Shown here in pieces: positions 37,637 to 47,379 of a DNA stretch of 64,000 bases. Within the stretch, counting starts at the first letter, position 1. Every line of letters starts with the position of its first letter. The translations under genes and the position numbers were made by a program. The notes below the pieces were generated by a model that saw nothing but the letters and a program-made list of their open reading frames with translations, was not told the DNA's origin and searched no databases. The stretch lies in NCBI GenBank assembly GCA_964427735.1, contig CAYRUS010000001.1:602201-666200 (forward strand), written 5' to 3'. The DNA is from an uncultured Gammaproteobacteria bacterium (GTDB lineage Bacteria > Patescibacteriota > Microgenomatia > UBA8517).

Positions 37637-38417
37637 ACATTCAAAAAAACTCCAGACAAAAAAAGACAAAGAAGAAATTGCAAAAAAAGGAGCAGTTGTC
37701 AGAGAAGTGGAGACAATTGAGCCGCAGCGGATAAAAATAGATTTACATTGTCACACAGAAGCTTCATGGGATTCTGTCACAAGTATAGAAAAAATACCTG
37801 ATAGGTTAGTCGAGCAAGGTATAAAAGTTCAGGCAATCACTGACCACAATGAAGTAAATGGAGCATTCAGGTTAAAGCAGTTAGTAGAAAAAGAGGGTTA
37901 TGATTTACAAATAGTTATTGGAGAAGAAGTACTAACAACTGAAGGAGAAATAATAGGCCTATTTTTAAAAGAAAAAATTAATTCAGGGCTTACCCCCGAA
38001 GATACTGTTAAAGAAATTAAAAAGCAGGGTGGAGTTGTATTGTTGCCCCACGGATTCGACAATATTAAGCGTTCAAGACTAAGTGATGCCGCAAGGGAAA
38101 GAATAAAAGATGATATTGATATTGTAGAAACATTTAATACTCGAGTGACAAGAAGAAAATACAATAAAAGAGCGTTTGAATGGGCCAAAAAAAACAATAA
38201 ATTAATGAGTGCAGGCAGTGATGCACATACTTTAAATGATATTGGTACAGCTTGGATAGAAGTTAATCCCGGTAAAATTAACAGTGCTGATGATTTAAAA
38301 GACGCAATTAAAAACTCTATTCCTACAGGAACATGGGTAAATCCTTTGCAGAGTCTTGCCTACAGAGGGTGGGACGTGACAAGAAATATATTATTGTCAA
38401 TTGTTCGTCAAATTTAA
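37629..38417 (+). CDS. PHP domain metal-dependent phosphoesterase
   Basis: DLHCHT..S.D, AITDHN, GEEV.T..GEI and GSDAH. Confidence 0.9.
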   Translation: MNKHSKKLQTKKDKEEIAKKGAVVREVETIEPQRIKIDLHCHTEASWDSVTSIEKIPDRLVEQGIKVQAITDHNEVNGAFRLKQLVEKEGYDLQIVIGEEVLTTEGEIIGLFLKEKINSGLTPEDTVKEIKKQGGVVLLPHGFDNIKRSRLSDAARERIKDDIDIVETFNTRVTRRKYNKRAFEWAKKNNKLMSAGSDAHTLNDIGTAWIEVNPGKINSADDLKDAIKNSIPTGTWVNPLQSLAYRGWDVTRNILLSIVRQI

Positions 38418-38529
38418 TAATATTTCTTTCAATAATCTTACTTGTCTTTTAACTTTCTATCATTGACTGCTTATAGCCTTGAGATAAGTGTTTCTTTTGT
38501 ATTATGAAACACTTATTATAGAATAAGGG

Positions 38530-38560
38530 GCAGGCTCAATCGGACAGGAGCCTGCTTTTT
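38530..38560 (+). terminator. Intrinsic terminator
   Basis: GCAGGCTC-10 nt-GAGCCTGC-TTTTT. Confidence 0.7.
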
Positions 38561-38618
38561 ATGAATTTGCGCTATAGTGGCAATATAATTTTATTCTAAT
38601 TAAAACTAGACTATAAAA

Positions 38619-38978
38619 ATGAAGAGAAAAAAGATTTTAATTGTTGATGATGATCAGTCTATTCTTGAGATCACAAAAATAATTCTAAAAGACGAGGGAT
38701 ATGATGTTGTTACTCTTGTAGGCTGTCCAGATATTGTAGGGAAAGTAAAAAGAGAATCACCAGATTTAGTTTTATTAGATTTGTGGATGCCGGATATTTC
38801 AGGAGAGGAGATGACATATGCATTAAGGGACAATAGGTCAACAAAAAAAATTCCTATTCTTATTTTTTCAGCTAGTAAAGATACAAAGGAAACTGCAGCA
38901 AAATTAGGTGTTGATGGGTATTTGCTAAAGCCCTTTGACATGGATCAACTTCTGCTTCAAGTTTCTGAGCTTCTCTAA
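38619..38978 (+). CDS. Stand-alone response regulator receiver (CheY-like)
   Basis: ILIVDDD, PDLVLLD..MP...G, FSA and KPF. Confidence 0.92.
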   Translation: MKRKKILIVDDDQSILEITKIILKDEGYDVVTLVGCPDIVGKVKRESPDLVLLDLWMPDISGEEMTYALRDNRSTKKIPILIFSASKDTKETAAKLGVDGYLLKPFDMDQLLLQVSELL

Positions 38979-39251
38979 TTCAATTTTTTTTATTATTTTT
39001 AGTGTGAGGTTCTGAATTATTCAACTCATAATAATTTAAAGGAGGAAAAGTTAGTCAATTTAAATTTTAAAAAATATATAAATTTGTAAAATATATGGTA
39101 AATTTAATTAATGCTCTCAATAATATCTTCATATAAGAATTTTTTGTGTATACATGTTCAGCAATCATTGAAAAATTTTTTAATAGTAGTGTGTTTTAAC
39201 GTTTCTAATTTATAGAACTAAGGACGTTATTGTTAAAAGGAGGTGATTATT

Positions 39252-39428
39252 TTGAAAAAAAAGGACTGGATGACTTTATCACAGATACTGATGGGATCAG
39301 CGGTGGTTTCCGTTTTGCTGTCGGCTGTTGGTTATATGGGTAATGATATTTGGCTTGCATCAACTCAATGGCTAATTGTTGCTGCTGTTTTTGCATTGTT
39401 TGGTGTGTACACAAGAATGAATAGCTAA
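39252..39428 (+). CDS. Small two-TM membrane protein
   Basis: SD AAGGAGGTG 6 nt before TTG 39252; two hydrophobic helices. Confidence 0.7.
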   Translation: MKKKDWMTLSQILMGSAVVSVLLSAVGYMGNDIWLASTQWLIVAAVFALFGVYTRMNS

Positions 39429-39451
39429 AAAGTTAGAGGGTTAATTTAAAC

Positions 39452-39601
39452 ATGCAAAGCGCAAAAAAAGTAGTTCGAAGTAATTTGTCAAAAATAGAGA
39501 CTCAAGAATGTCCTGTTTGTGGAAATGATATAGGTGTTGTTGCTGGTAGTAAAGATGCGATTTGTACAAACTGCGGGTTTAAAGACCCGTGTTGTGAGTA
39601 A
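39452..39601 (+). CDS. 49-aa zinc-finger microprotein (absent from ORF track)
   Basis: MQSAKKVVRSNLSKIETQECPVCGNDIGVVAGSKDAICTNCGFKDPCCE. Confidence 0.75.
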   Translation: MQSAKKVVRSNLSKIETQECPVCGNDIGVVAGSKDAICTNCGFKDPCCE

Positions 39602-39634
39602 TTTGTCTATGAGATTTACAGAAAATTGTTATAG

Positions 39635-39663
39635 TTGACATATAGTAATTAATCTGTTATTTT
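39635..39663 (+). promoter_or_regulatory. Sigma70 promoter, leaderless
   Basis: TTGACA-17 bp-TATTTT with upstream TG, 7 nt before ATG 39671. Confidence 0.55.
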
Positions 39664-39670
39664 TTGGACA

Positions 39671-40171
39671 ATGAACAGAAGAGATATAGTAATTGGTCTA
39701 GTAGTCCTTGCGATAATAGCAGGAGCAATATACTTCTCACAAAGAAATGGTGCGGATTTAGAGATTAGCGAGCCAACTCCCACACCTACAGGTCAAATAG
39801 AAAGACAGCTTGAGGAAACACTCCAAAGAGAAGTTCCTGAGGATGTTGAAAAAGTTGAACTCCAAGATGAAGACTCAATTGCAATCGTGACAAGAGAAGA
39901 GGCTGCTACAGGTGGTCATTTGGTGACTGTACTTGCTGACCTTCCACAGCCAGAAGAAGGAGAATTCTTCCAAGCATTTTTAGAAAGAGGAGAGCAAGAT
40001 ACTGAAGAGTTTGAAAGGGTATCTCTGGGTCGATTAAATTCAATTAAGGGAGGATACGTAGTTGAGTTTCAATCAAATCAAGATTTAAGTGAATATAATA
40101 GAGTTATAATTTCAAAGCAAACAAGATTAAGTAATGAACCTGAAGAGGTTGTTCTTGAAGGGGATCTTTAA
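39671..40171 (+). CDS. Membrane-anchored protein with possible RskA-C-like domain
   Basis: N-terminal TM; LADLP.P..G.F.Q.FL...SLG.L and C-terminal VLEG. Confidence 0.6.
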   Translation: MNRRDIVIGLVVLAIIAGAIYFSQRNGADLEISEPTPTPTGQIERQLEETLQREVPEDVEKVELQDEDSIAIVTREEAATGGHLVTVLADLPQPEEGEFFQAFLERGEQDTEEFERVSLGRLNSIKGGYVVEFQSNQDLSEYNRVIISKQTRLSNEPEEVVLEGDL

Positions 40172-40181
40172 GCTTCGTTAA

Positions 40182-40211
40182 TTGACAGTCATCTTCAACA
40201 CAGGATATCTT
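40182..40211 (+). promoter_or_regulatory. Sigma70 promoter, leaderless
   Basis: TTGACA-18 bp-TATCTT, 6 nt before ATG 40218. Confidence 0.55.
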
Positions 40212-40217
40212 AAGTAT

Positions 40218-40931
40218 ATGGGTAAATTATTTTTGTTGGCTCTCTTCCTATCAAATTTTTTTGTACTAGTCCCAGAAGTAGATGCAAGCATGGTTCTAAT
40301 TCAGAGGGATGGTGACATGATAGTGAACGTTTTGTCATTAAATGATGAAGCAGGGAGAAGTGATCTGGAGGTAACCAAAGTTGCTGCAGTTTCAGATTCT
40401 GATGATGCTCGTATATCTCTCCAAAGAAATGAAGAAACAGTCAATATGACTATTTATAACTCCCAAGGGAAAAGAGAACTAGATGTAACTGATTATAAGG
40501 ATTCTTTGGTTGAAATCGAAGAAATACCTAAACCTAAAAAAACTACAATAGGTATAGAAGGAGAGACATTTTTTATTAGGCAAGGAAGTGTTGAAGCAAA
40601 AACTATGCTTCCAATTACAGTACAGGCTGAGGAAAAAACTATCTCAGTAAAAACTTCAACCGGAGAAAAGTTTTTATCTGTTCTTCCTCATTCAGCTGCC
40701 GATTCTATTTTCAAAACAAGGATTATAAATAAAATTACGGATGGTGGAATGACTATAAATGAGGAGGAAGAAGAACTTATGTATACGATTAAGGGTAAGA
40801 AAATTGTTAATATGCTTAATATTTATGATTTTGAACTTGATGTCATAGCAAAAGTTTCTGCAACCACAGGAGAAATTATTGGGATCCAGGAACCAGGTTG
40901 GTTGAAGTCATTAAACTTTTTATTTGTTTAG
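40218..40931 (+). CDS. Secreted hypothetical protein
   Basis: Signal peptide ending VDA; C-terminal VSA.TGEI...PGW. Confidence 0.7.
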   Translation: MGKLFLLALFLSNFFVLVPEVDASMVLIQRDGDMIVNVLSLNDEAGRSDLEVTKVAAVSDSDDARISLQRNEETVNMTIYNSQGKRELDVTDYKDSLVEIEEIPKPKKTTIGIEGETFFIRQGSVEAKTMLPITVQAEEKTISVKTSTGEKFLSVLPHSAADSIFKTRIINKITDGGMTINEEEEELMYTIKGKKIVNMLNIYDFELDVIAKVSATTGEIIGIQEPGWLKSLNFLFV

Positions 40932-40932
40932 T

Positions 40933-41685
40933 ATGGAATTTTTAAATCTCACTTTACTTGCTTTTATCGGTAGTGTAGCAGGTCTCATTGGTGGAATAAT
41001 TTTACTTATCAAAGAGGAATGGGCAGATAATTTAACTAAAATCTCAGTTCCTTTTGCATCCGGAGTTCTTTTGTCATTATCGTTTCTCGATCTGTTGCCA
41101 GAGGCTCATGAACAAATTGGTGATAATGCCTTTTATGTTGTTTTTTCTGTGTTTATTATTGTGTTTTTGATAGAGAAATTTTTTTTTGCCCTGCATCACC
41201 ACAAATCAAGTAAGAGCACTCATAATCACCAGGGAACAGTAAGTGTGGTAATTTTTGGAGATACTATCCATAATTTTCTAGATGGAATGGCAATTGGTGC
41301 AGCTTTTACAATAGAACCAACTTTTGGGTTAATGATAGCTCTCGGAACCTTCTTACACGAGACACCTCATGAAATAGCTGATTTTGGAATATTGCTCTCT
41401 AAGGGTTGGAGTAGAAAAAATGCTTTTATTGCAAACCTTTTTAGTGCTATGGCAACTTTCCCCGGTGCATTTATAGCATATGCTTTTGCAGACATTGCTG
41501 AAAACTCTGTCGGAATTTTACTAGCACTTGCTGCAGGATTATTTTTATATGTCTCTACAACCGATTTCTTACCTCAGTTGCAACAGGTTAAAAATGAATC
41601 CCAAGCACGACAGCTGTTTTTTTTGTTAGCAGGAATAGCAGCAGTTCTTGCTCTACGGTACATTGTTCCAGAAGTGGGACATTAA
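40933..41685 (+). CDS. ZIP family metal transporter
   Basis: FASG.LL...F.DLLPEA, His-rich loop, GD.IHNF.DG and HE.PHE..DF. Confidence 0.93.
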   Translation: MEFLNLTLLAFIGSVAGLIGGIILLIKEEWADNLTKISVPFASGVLLSLSFLDLLPEAHEQIGDNAFYVVFSVFIIVFLIEKFFFALHHHKSSKSTHNHQGTVSVVIFGDTIHNFLDGMAIGAAFTIEPTFGLMIALGTFLHETPHEIADFGILLSKGWSRKNAFIANLFSAMATFPGAFIAYAFADIAENSVGILLALAAGLFLYVSTTDFLPQLQQVKNESQARQLFFLLAGIAAVLALRYIVPEVGH

Positions 41686-41726
41686 GATTATTTGTAGATT
41701 ATCAAAATAAACATTAAACTTAAAAA

Positions 41727-42464
41727 ATGTTTAGTGTAAGCTATCCAATAGCATTTATTTCTGGTTTGGCTTCCTTTTTTGCCCCTTGTGTTGTTCCATT
41801 GCTTCCAGCTTATATTAGCTTTATCACAGGGGCTAGTTATGATAAATATAAAAAAAGTTACCAAGGATTTAGTAAAAAAATATTTTTAACTAGTATTTAT
41901 TATATTTCAGGTTTTTCCATTATTTTTGTTTTGATGGGAACAACTGCAGCTGGTATTGGAATTTTTCTAAGAAGCTACCAGTTTTATATATATCGTTTAG
42001 GTGGATTAATAATGTTAATTTTAGGCTTAGAGTTTGCTGGGATAATAAATTTAGCTTTTTTGGCAAAAGAAAAAAAGTTTAAACTGCCATCTTGGACAGA
42101 GAAGTTTGTATATGTTCGAGCATTTTTATTAGGGGTAATTTTTGCTATTGCTTGGACGCCTTGTGTAGGAGCAGTATTGGGATCTATTCTTGCTTTAGCT
42201 GCTGTGTCCGGAACAGTTTTTCAGGGAGCAACAATGCTTTTTGTGTATTCACTAGGAATTTCTATTCCATTTCTGGTTGTTTCTATGACTTTGTCTTCAG
42301 CCCCAAAATACGTACCTATTCTAAGTAAAAACGCAGCTAAAATATCAAAGTTCGCTGGAATATTGCTGGCTATAATTGGATTAATGTTGTTAACTGGAGT
42401 GTATGCATATGTTAATTCCTGGATACTTAATCTTGCATTTAGATTGGGATATGAAGTTAAATAA
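41727..42464 (+). CDS. ccdA: CcdA/DsbD transmembrane electron transporter
   Basis: SFFAPCVVPLLPAY and AWTPCVGAVL redox-active Cys motifs. Confidence 0.88.
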   Translation: MFSVSYPIAFISGLASFFAPCVVPLLPAYISFITGASYDKYKKSYQGFSKKIFLTSIYYISGFSIIFVLMGTTAAGIGIFLRSYQFYIYRLGGLIMLILGLEFAGIINLAFLAKEKKFKLPSWTEKFVYVRAFLLGVIFAIAWTPCVGAVLGSILALAAVSGTVFQGATMLFVYSLGISIPFLVVSMTLSSAPKYVPILSKNAAKISKFAGILLAIIGLMLLTGVYAYVNSWILNLAFRLGYEVK

Positions 42465-42522
42465 CAGTGAAAACTGTTTTGTGTTAATCTTATATTGTAC
42501 CTTATAATAAGGAGGTGGTTTA

Positions 42523-42774
42523 ATGAAGACGGTAATTTATACAACAACGACTTGTCCTTACTGCAAGATGCTTAAAGATTATTTGAAAGAGCATAATGTA
42601 GAGTATGAGGAAAAGTTGGTGGATCAAGATGCTGAAGCAAGAGATGAAATGATGGAAAAAACTGAAGGTTACCTAGGTGTTCCGTATACAATAATTACAA
42701 AAGAAGACGGAAATACATTATCAGTATTGGGTTTTGATAAAAGGAAAATAAATGAGATTTTTGGAATAAATTAA
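42523..42774 (+). CDS. Glutaredoxin/NrdH-like redoxin
   Basis: YTT.TCPYC...K.YL, GVP and GFD; SD AGGAGGTG. Confidence 0.9.
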   Translation: MKTVIYTTTTCPYCKMLKDYLKEHNVEYEEKLVDQDAEARDEMMEKTEGYLGVPYTIITKEDGNTLSVLGFDKRKINEIFGIN

Positions 42775-43425
42775 ATGTTAATTGTTAATTACAAAACCTA
42801 CCTTGAGGCTACCGGTCCACAGTCTGTAAGCCTGTCTGAGATAATCAAAGAAGCATCAGAGGAAACTGGAACAAAGGTAATTGCATGTCCTCAAGTAGTT
42901 GATTTAAGAGAAGTTAGCAGTATTTTATCAAATGAAACATGGGTACAGCATGTTGATCATTTTGAAAGGGGACGTGCCACTGGATACCTTCCAGTGGAGG
43001 TAGCAAAAGAATCAGGGGCATCAGGTGTGCTTCTTAACCACTCAGAGCACAAACTCTCTTTAGGAGATTTATCTGCCAGTCTTGCGATGAGTAAAAAGAC
43101 CGGATTAACAACTTTAGTTTTTGCAGAAGATGTGAAAGAGGCAGAATTAGTAGCAAAATTATCTCCGGACTGGATAGGTTATGAGCCACCAGAACTTGTG
43201 GCTAGCAAAAATTCTTCTGTTTCTAAATCAAAACCAGAAGTAATAGATGACGTAGTAAAAGCTGTTGATCCAATACCTGTTGTTGTTGGTGCTGGCGTAA
43301 AAGATAGACAGGATGTCGTTGTCGCTTTAGAACGTGGTGCTAAGGGTGTGGCTGTTGCTTCTGCTGTTGTTCTTGCACAGGATCCAAAAGAAGTTTTACT
43401 AGAGTTATTGGGAGGTTTTAAATGA
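42775..43425 (+). CDS. tpiA: Triose-phosphate isomerase, archaeal type
   Basis: NYKTY, QHVD, LNHSE, EPPEL and GAG...ASA; about 216 aa. Confidence 0.92.
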   Translation: MLIVNYKTYLEATGPQSVSLSEIIKEASEETGTKVIACPQVVDLREVSSILSNETWVQHVDHFERGRATGYLPVEVAKESGASGVLLNHSEHKLSLGDLSASLAMSKKTGLTTLVFAEDVKEAELVAKLSPDWIGYEPPELVASKNSSVSKSKPEVIDDVVKAVDPIPVVVGAGVKDRQDVVVALERGAKGVAVASAVVLAQDPKEVLLELLGGFK

Positions 43426-43871
43426 GAATCTACATAGGTGCAGATCACAGAGGTTTTAAATTAAAGGAAATTCTTAAAACTTGGCTAATCTCTCAAAATT
43501 ATAAGGTTGAGGATATGGGTGCTTATGAGTATGATCCAAATGATGATTACACCCTTTATGCTGAAAAGGTTGCCTCAATTATCAAAGAAAATAATAATTC
43601 AAAAGGAGTGTTACTCTGTGGTTCTGGTGTAGGTGTTGATGTCGTAGCAAATAAATTTGATGGTGTGAGAGCGTCAATCGGAAAGGAAGAACGGCAAGTC
43701 AAAGCAGGCAGAAAGGATGATGACATGAATATTCTTGTTCTTGCAGCAGACTTTACAGCAGAAGATGAGGCAAAAAAAATGATCAAAGCATTTTTAAATA
43801 CAAAATTTGGAGGTAAAGCTCGCCACACAAGAAGGTTAGAAGATATAAAAAGAATTGAAGAAAACAACTAG
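43422..43871 (+). CDS. rpiB: Ribose-5-phosphate isomerase B
   Basis: GADHRGF.LK, DDY, CGSGVG....NKF.GVRA, R.DD.NIL and RH.RR. Confidence 0.92.
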   Translation: MRIYIGADHRGFKLKEILKTWLISQNYKVEDMGAYEYDPNDDYTLYAEKVASIIKENNNSKGVLLCGSGVGVDVVANKFDGVRASIGKEERQVKAGRKDDDMNILVLAADFTAEDEAKKMIKAFLNTKFGGKARHTRRLEDIKRIEENN

Positions 43872-43904
43872 TACTGCCTAAAAATGATGTGTTAAGATTT
43901 TTTT

Positions 43905-44960
43905 ATGAATATACCTACTCTTACTAATTTTAAAACTTCCGATGGAGTGGGAATAATTAGAGCAGATTTAGATACAATTACAGATGGAAAAATAACATCA
44001 GACAGAAGGCTTGAAGTTCTTCTCCCAACTCTAAAACTTCTTTTAGAAAAAGGAGCAAAAAAACTATTAGTAATTGGTCATAATGGTAGACCCGAGAAAT
44101 ATGACGAAAAATACACAACGAAACCAATCAGTAAATGGCTAAGTACAAAATTAGATATACCAGTTGGATTTGCAAGACATTATCCAATGAATGACTTTTA
44201 TGTAGTGTATGAAGAAGTTTTTACAGCTAAAGAAAAGGTTATTGTACTCGATAATCTAAGATTTTGGGGAGGGGAAATTGAAAACGAGGAACTTTTTGTA
44301 GAAGAGTTAGGGAATATTGGTAGCTTTTATGTTAATGAATCTTTTGGAAATAGTCACAGAAACCACGCTTCGATTGTCGGCTTGCCAAAATACTTTAAAG
44401 ATAAAGGTAATGATATTTATGCAGGGTTAAACTTTGAAAATGAAATTAAAAACCTAAACAAAATATTTGAAAATTCGCAAAAGCCAATAGTTTCTATAAT
44501 AAGTGGAATAAAAGATGACAAGAAAGACTATGTAGAGGCATTCAAAAAGTTTTCTGATTTAGTTTTGGTGGCTGGCAGATTGCCGGATTATTTTCCTGAG
44601 GATATAAATGATCCTAAATTAATAATCGCTAGGCTTAACCCTGATAAAGAAGATATAACTCTTAGATCCATCGAAAAATTTGAAGCTGAAATTGCTAAAG
44701 CAGGTACAATTATTCTAGCAGGACCAATTGGAAAATACGAAGAACCAGGTCATTTGTTAGGAACACAGCGTGTTTTTCAGGCAGTAGCTGACTCCAAAGC
44801 CACTTTTAAATTAGCAGGAGGTGGAGATACAACCCAAGCAATCAAACTTCTACAGTTAGATCAAGCTTTTGATTGGATCTCAACAGGCGGTGGAGCAATG
44901 CTTGAGTATTTAGCAAAAAGAACACTTCCAGGAATTGAGGTACTCCAAAACATTGAGTAA
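43905..44960 (+). CDS. pgk: Phosphoglycerate kinase (short, divergent)
   Basis: R.D, GH.GRP, L.NLRF, N.SFG.SHR.HAS, GGGDT, ISTGGGA.LE...LPG. Confidence 0.85.
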   Translation: MNIPTLTNFKTSDGVGIIRADLDTITDGKITSDRRLEVLLPTLKLLLEKGAKKLLVIGHNGRPEKYDEKYTTKPISKWLSTKLDIPVGFARHYPMNDFYVVYEEVFTAKEKVIVLDNLRFWGGEIENEELFVEELGNIGSFYVNESFGNSHRNHASIVGLPKYFKDKGNDIYAGLNFENEIKNLNKIFENSQKPIVSIISGIKDDKKDYVEAFKKFSDLVLVAGRLPDYFPEDINDPKLIIARLNPDKEDITLRSIEKFEAEIAKAGTIILAGPIGKYEEPGHLLGTQRVFQAVADSKATFKLAGGGDTTQAIKLLQLDQAFDWISTGGGAMLEYLAKRTLPGIEVLQNIE

Positions 44961-44995
44961 TTGAAGACATTTCTCCTATAGTATATACTTTACGA

Positions 44996-45844
44996 ATGGA
45001 AAGGCAGGAATCAAACAAAAAAAGCGGCAAAAATAAATACACCTACATTCAAATGCTGCAACGAGCATAACGATTTTCGGAACGAATCCGCAGGCTACCG
45101 CACCGGGGAATGGTGAACATTATCGGTGAAGGTGGGAATGATGATAAATGGAAGGATGCTTTAAAAGTAGTTATAAAAAAATCTACTGTAAAAGACGATT
45201 TAGTTGAGTTTATTGATGTTGAATCACTTGTAACAAGATTAGTTAATTCAATTAATCTGAGTGAGTTGGGGATTAGTGAGGAAGATTTGCATAACCAAAT
45301 GTTAGAAGAAATAGTATTTCAATATATCTTTAAAGTTTTTGGACCTGAGGGTTGGCAAATTGGTATGTGGAGTGTGCTGAAAAAACTTCAAGGATATATG
45401 GATAGCTATAAAGCAAGGCAGGAAATTCCAGAGGTTTTTCTTGATTTCATCTCATCACTCAATGAGGAAACAGATGATGAACATTTAAGTACAAATAAAA
45501 GATTGGTAATTGTAAAATATCCCATTTTGGATAGAGCAACTATCATTCATAAGCCAGATGATGCAAGGTTAGAAACTTTTAATGAAAATCAACAACGCAA
45601 TATTAAAACTTTCCTAGAAATACTAGTTCTTGCTATCAACACTTATCCTAGTAGATTTAATAGTAGCGATAATCCAGACGGGAATATTCTTGTAAATGTG
45701 ATTGACACTTCATATCTTTGGTTTGCTGCAAGGAATTCGAAATATCAGGATCTATTAAGAAGAATAAACCAAAATAGTATTTATACTCCATTTGCAAAAA
45801 AGAGAGACTCGCAAATTTTAGGTAGTTTTTCTCAAAATGAATAA
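44996..45844 (+). pseudogene. Hypothetical gene with in-frame TAA at codon 25 (or intact ORF from 45110)
   Basis: TATACT 6 nt before ATG 44996 (MERQES...); same frame as ORF 45110-45844; single TAA at 45068-45070. Confidence 0.5.
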
Positions 45845-45939
45845 GTTTTTTAGTTTCAATAGCAAAATGAGAAATGAGTTGCAGTTTTAGTTAAACTTAT
45901 TAGGTATGATATAATTTGCCCACAACCTCTGCCTAAAGA

Positions 45940-46215
45940 TTGGAGGTGGTAATTATTCCAATATCAGAGACAGAAAAAAGAACTTCTCCTAAATATTTTT
46001 ATGACATAAAGGAATATATGAGAGATGGGAATACTACGATTGTTAGTGCAGTCGTCAGAAGTAGAAATGGTGATATAATCCCAATGGAAACAGAGATGAT
46101 TGCTTATATACTTGCGAATGCATGTGTCGGAAAAATCTTAGCTCAGGTTATCCCAGTAAATAATTTAGAACATGGCAAAACAGGTGGGGTAGTAATGGTT
46201 TGTGAAGAAAGATAA
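45940..46215 (+). CDS. Hypothetical protein, start uncertain
   Basis: Open frame; upstream TGATATAAT; internal SD GGAGGTG suggests a later start. Confidence 0.55.
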   Translation: MEVVIIPISETEKRTSPKYFYDIKEYMRDGNTTIVSAVVRSRNGDIIPMETEMIAYILANACVGKILAQVIPVNNLEHGKTGGVVMVCEER

Positions 46216-46263
46216 TAAGGTCTTTATATTGTTTCCTCAGACAAATTTTAGTAAGCTGGATAT

Positions 46264-47379
46264 ATGGTGAAAGCTGGGATTAATGGATTTGGAAGGATAG
46301 GAAGACTGGCATTTAGAGTAGGAGTAAGCAAGCATCCTAATCAGATAGAGTTTGCTGCAATTAACACATCGGGAAGTATGGATGTAGATGGATGGGCACA
46401 TCTTGTTAACTATGACACGACTTACAGGAAATTTGAGAAGACAATTGGCTTCGAGAAAATTAAGAGTGCAAAAGAAGCAACAGACGAAGATCCTCTCATT
46501 GGATACCTTTTGTATGATAGGAAAAAAATACCTATTTTAGCCCAAAGAGATCCGGCAAAGATCCCATGGGGGAAATACGGTGTGGAGGTTGTAATAGAAT
46601 CTACAGGAATTTTTGCAACAGAAGATGAGGCAAAAAAACATGCAATAGGAGGAGCAAAAAGAGTAGTTATATCTGCTCCGAGTAAAGGAGGAAATGTTAG
46701 TACAGTTGTAATTGGGGTTAATGAATTGCCAGAGGAATCTCAAGGGCAACCAGTGGTAATATCAAATGCAAGTTGTACTACTAATTGCGTTGCTCCAGTC
46801 GCGGCTGTTATACACGCTAAGTTTGGTGTGGAAAAGGCAATGATGACAACTGTACATGGATATACAGATGATCAAAATTTGCAAGACAACTCTCATAGGG
46901 ACCTTAGACGTGCTAGAGCTGCAGCAGAAAATATCATTCCAACAACAACAGGTGCTGCAACTGCCACTATAGAAACAATCCCTGAGCTAGAAGGTCTTTT
47001 TGAAGGAATGGCATTGAGAGTACCGGTTGTAACTGGATCAATTAGTGATTTTACATTTCTTGTAAAGAAAGATGTAACAGTAGATGAAGTAAATCAAGCG
47101 TTTATAGATGCCTCACAGAACGCCATATACAAGGGTGTACTTGCAGTTACTGAACAACCTTTGGTTTCAAGCGATGTGATAGGTACAAGTGAATCTGCAA
47201 TTGTGGATTTATCATTAACGCAAGTTGTTGCTGGAAATATGGTTAAAGTTTTTGCTTGGTATGATAATGAGTGGGGGTACACAAATCGTCTTATTGAACA
47301 AACTATTCGTGTGGGGGATAGGTTAGACGCAAGAGAGGCGCCACAAGATCCAATCAGTTTGACTTTTAGGAATGGTTAG
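46264..47379 (+). CDS. gap: Type I glyceraldehyde-3-phosphate dehydrogenase
   Basis: GINGFGRIGR, ESTG, SNASCTTNC and WYDNEWGY. Confidence 0.97.
   Translation: MVKAGINGFGRIGRLAFRVGVSKHPNQIEFAAINTSGSMDVDGWAHLVNYDTTYRKFEKTIGFEKIKSAKEATDEDPLIGYLLYDRKKIPILAQRDPAKIPWGKYGVEVVIESTGIFATEDEAKKHAIGGAKRVVISAPSKGGNVSTVVIGVNELPEESQGQPVVISNASCTTNCVAPVAAVIHAKFGVEKAMMTTVHGYTDDQNLQDNSHRDLRRARAAAENIIPTTTGAATATIETIPELEGLFEGMALRVPVVTGSISDFTFLVKKDVTVDEVNQAFIDASQNAIYKGVLAVTEQPLVSSDVIGTSESAIVDLSLTQVVAGNMVKVFAWYDNEWGYTNRLIEQTIRVGDRLDAREAPQDPISLTFRNG

Noticed and set aside
38530-38560. Hairpin as an ncRNA such as SRP RNA
   Set aside because: Lacks the SRP conserved motif; a stem plus U-tract fits an intrinsic terminator
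2060-45070. TAA stop-codon recoding, suggested by four in-frame TAAs followed by open frames (2060, 25291, 34692, 45068)
   Set aside because: TAA terminates many intact conserved genes here (mutS, mutL, tpiA, pgk), and TGA and TAG are also used as stops; the four cases fit gene decay better
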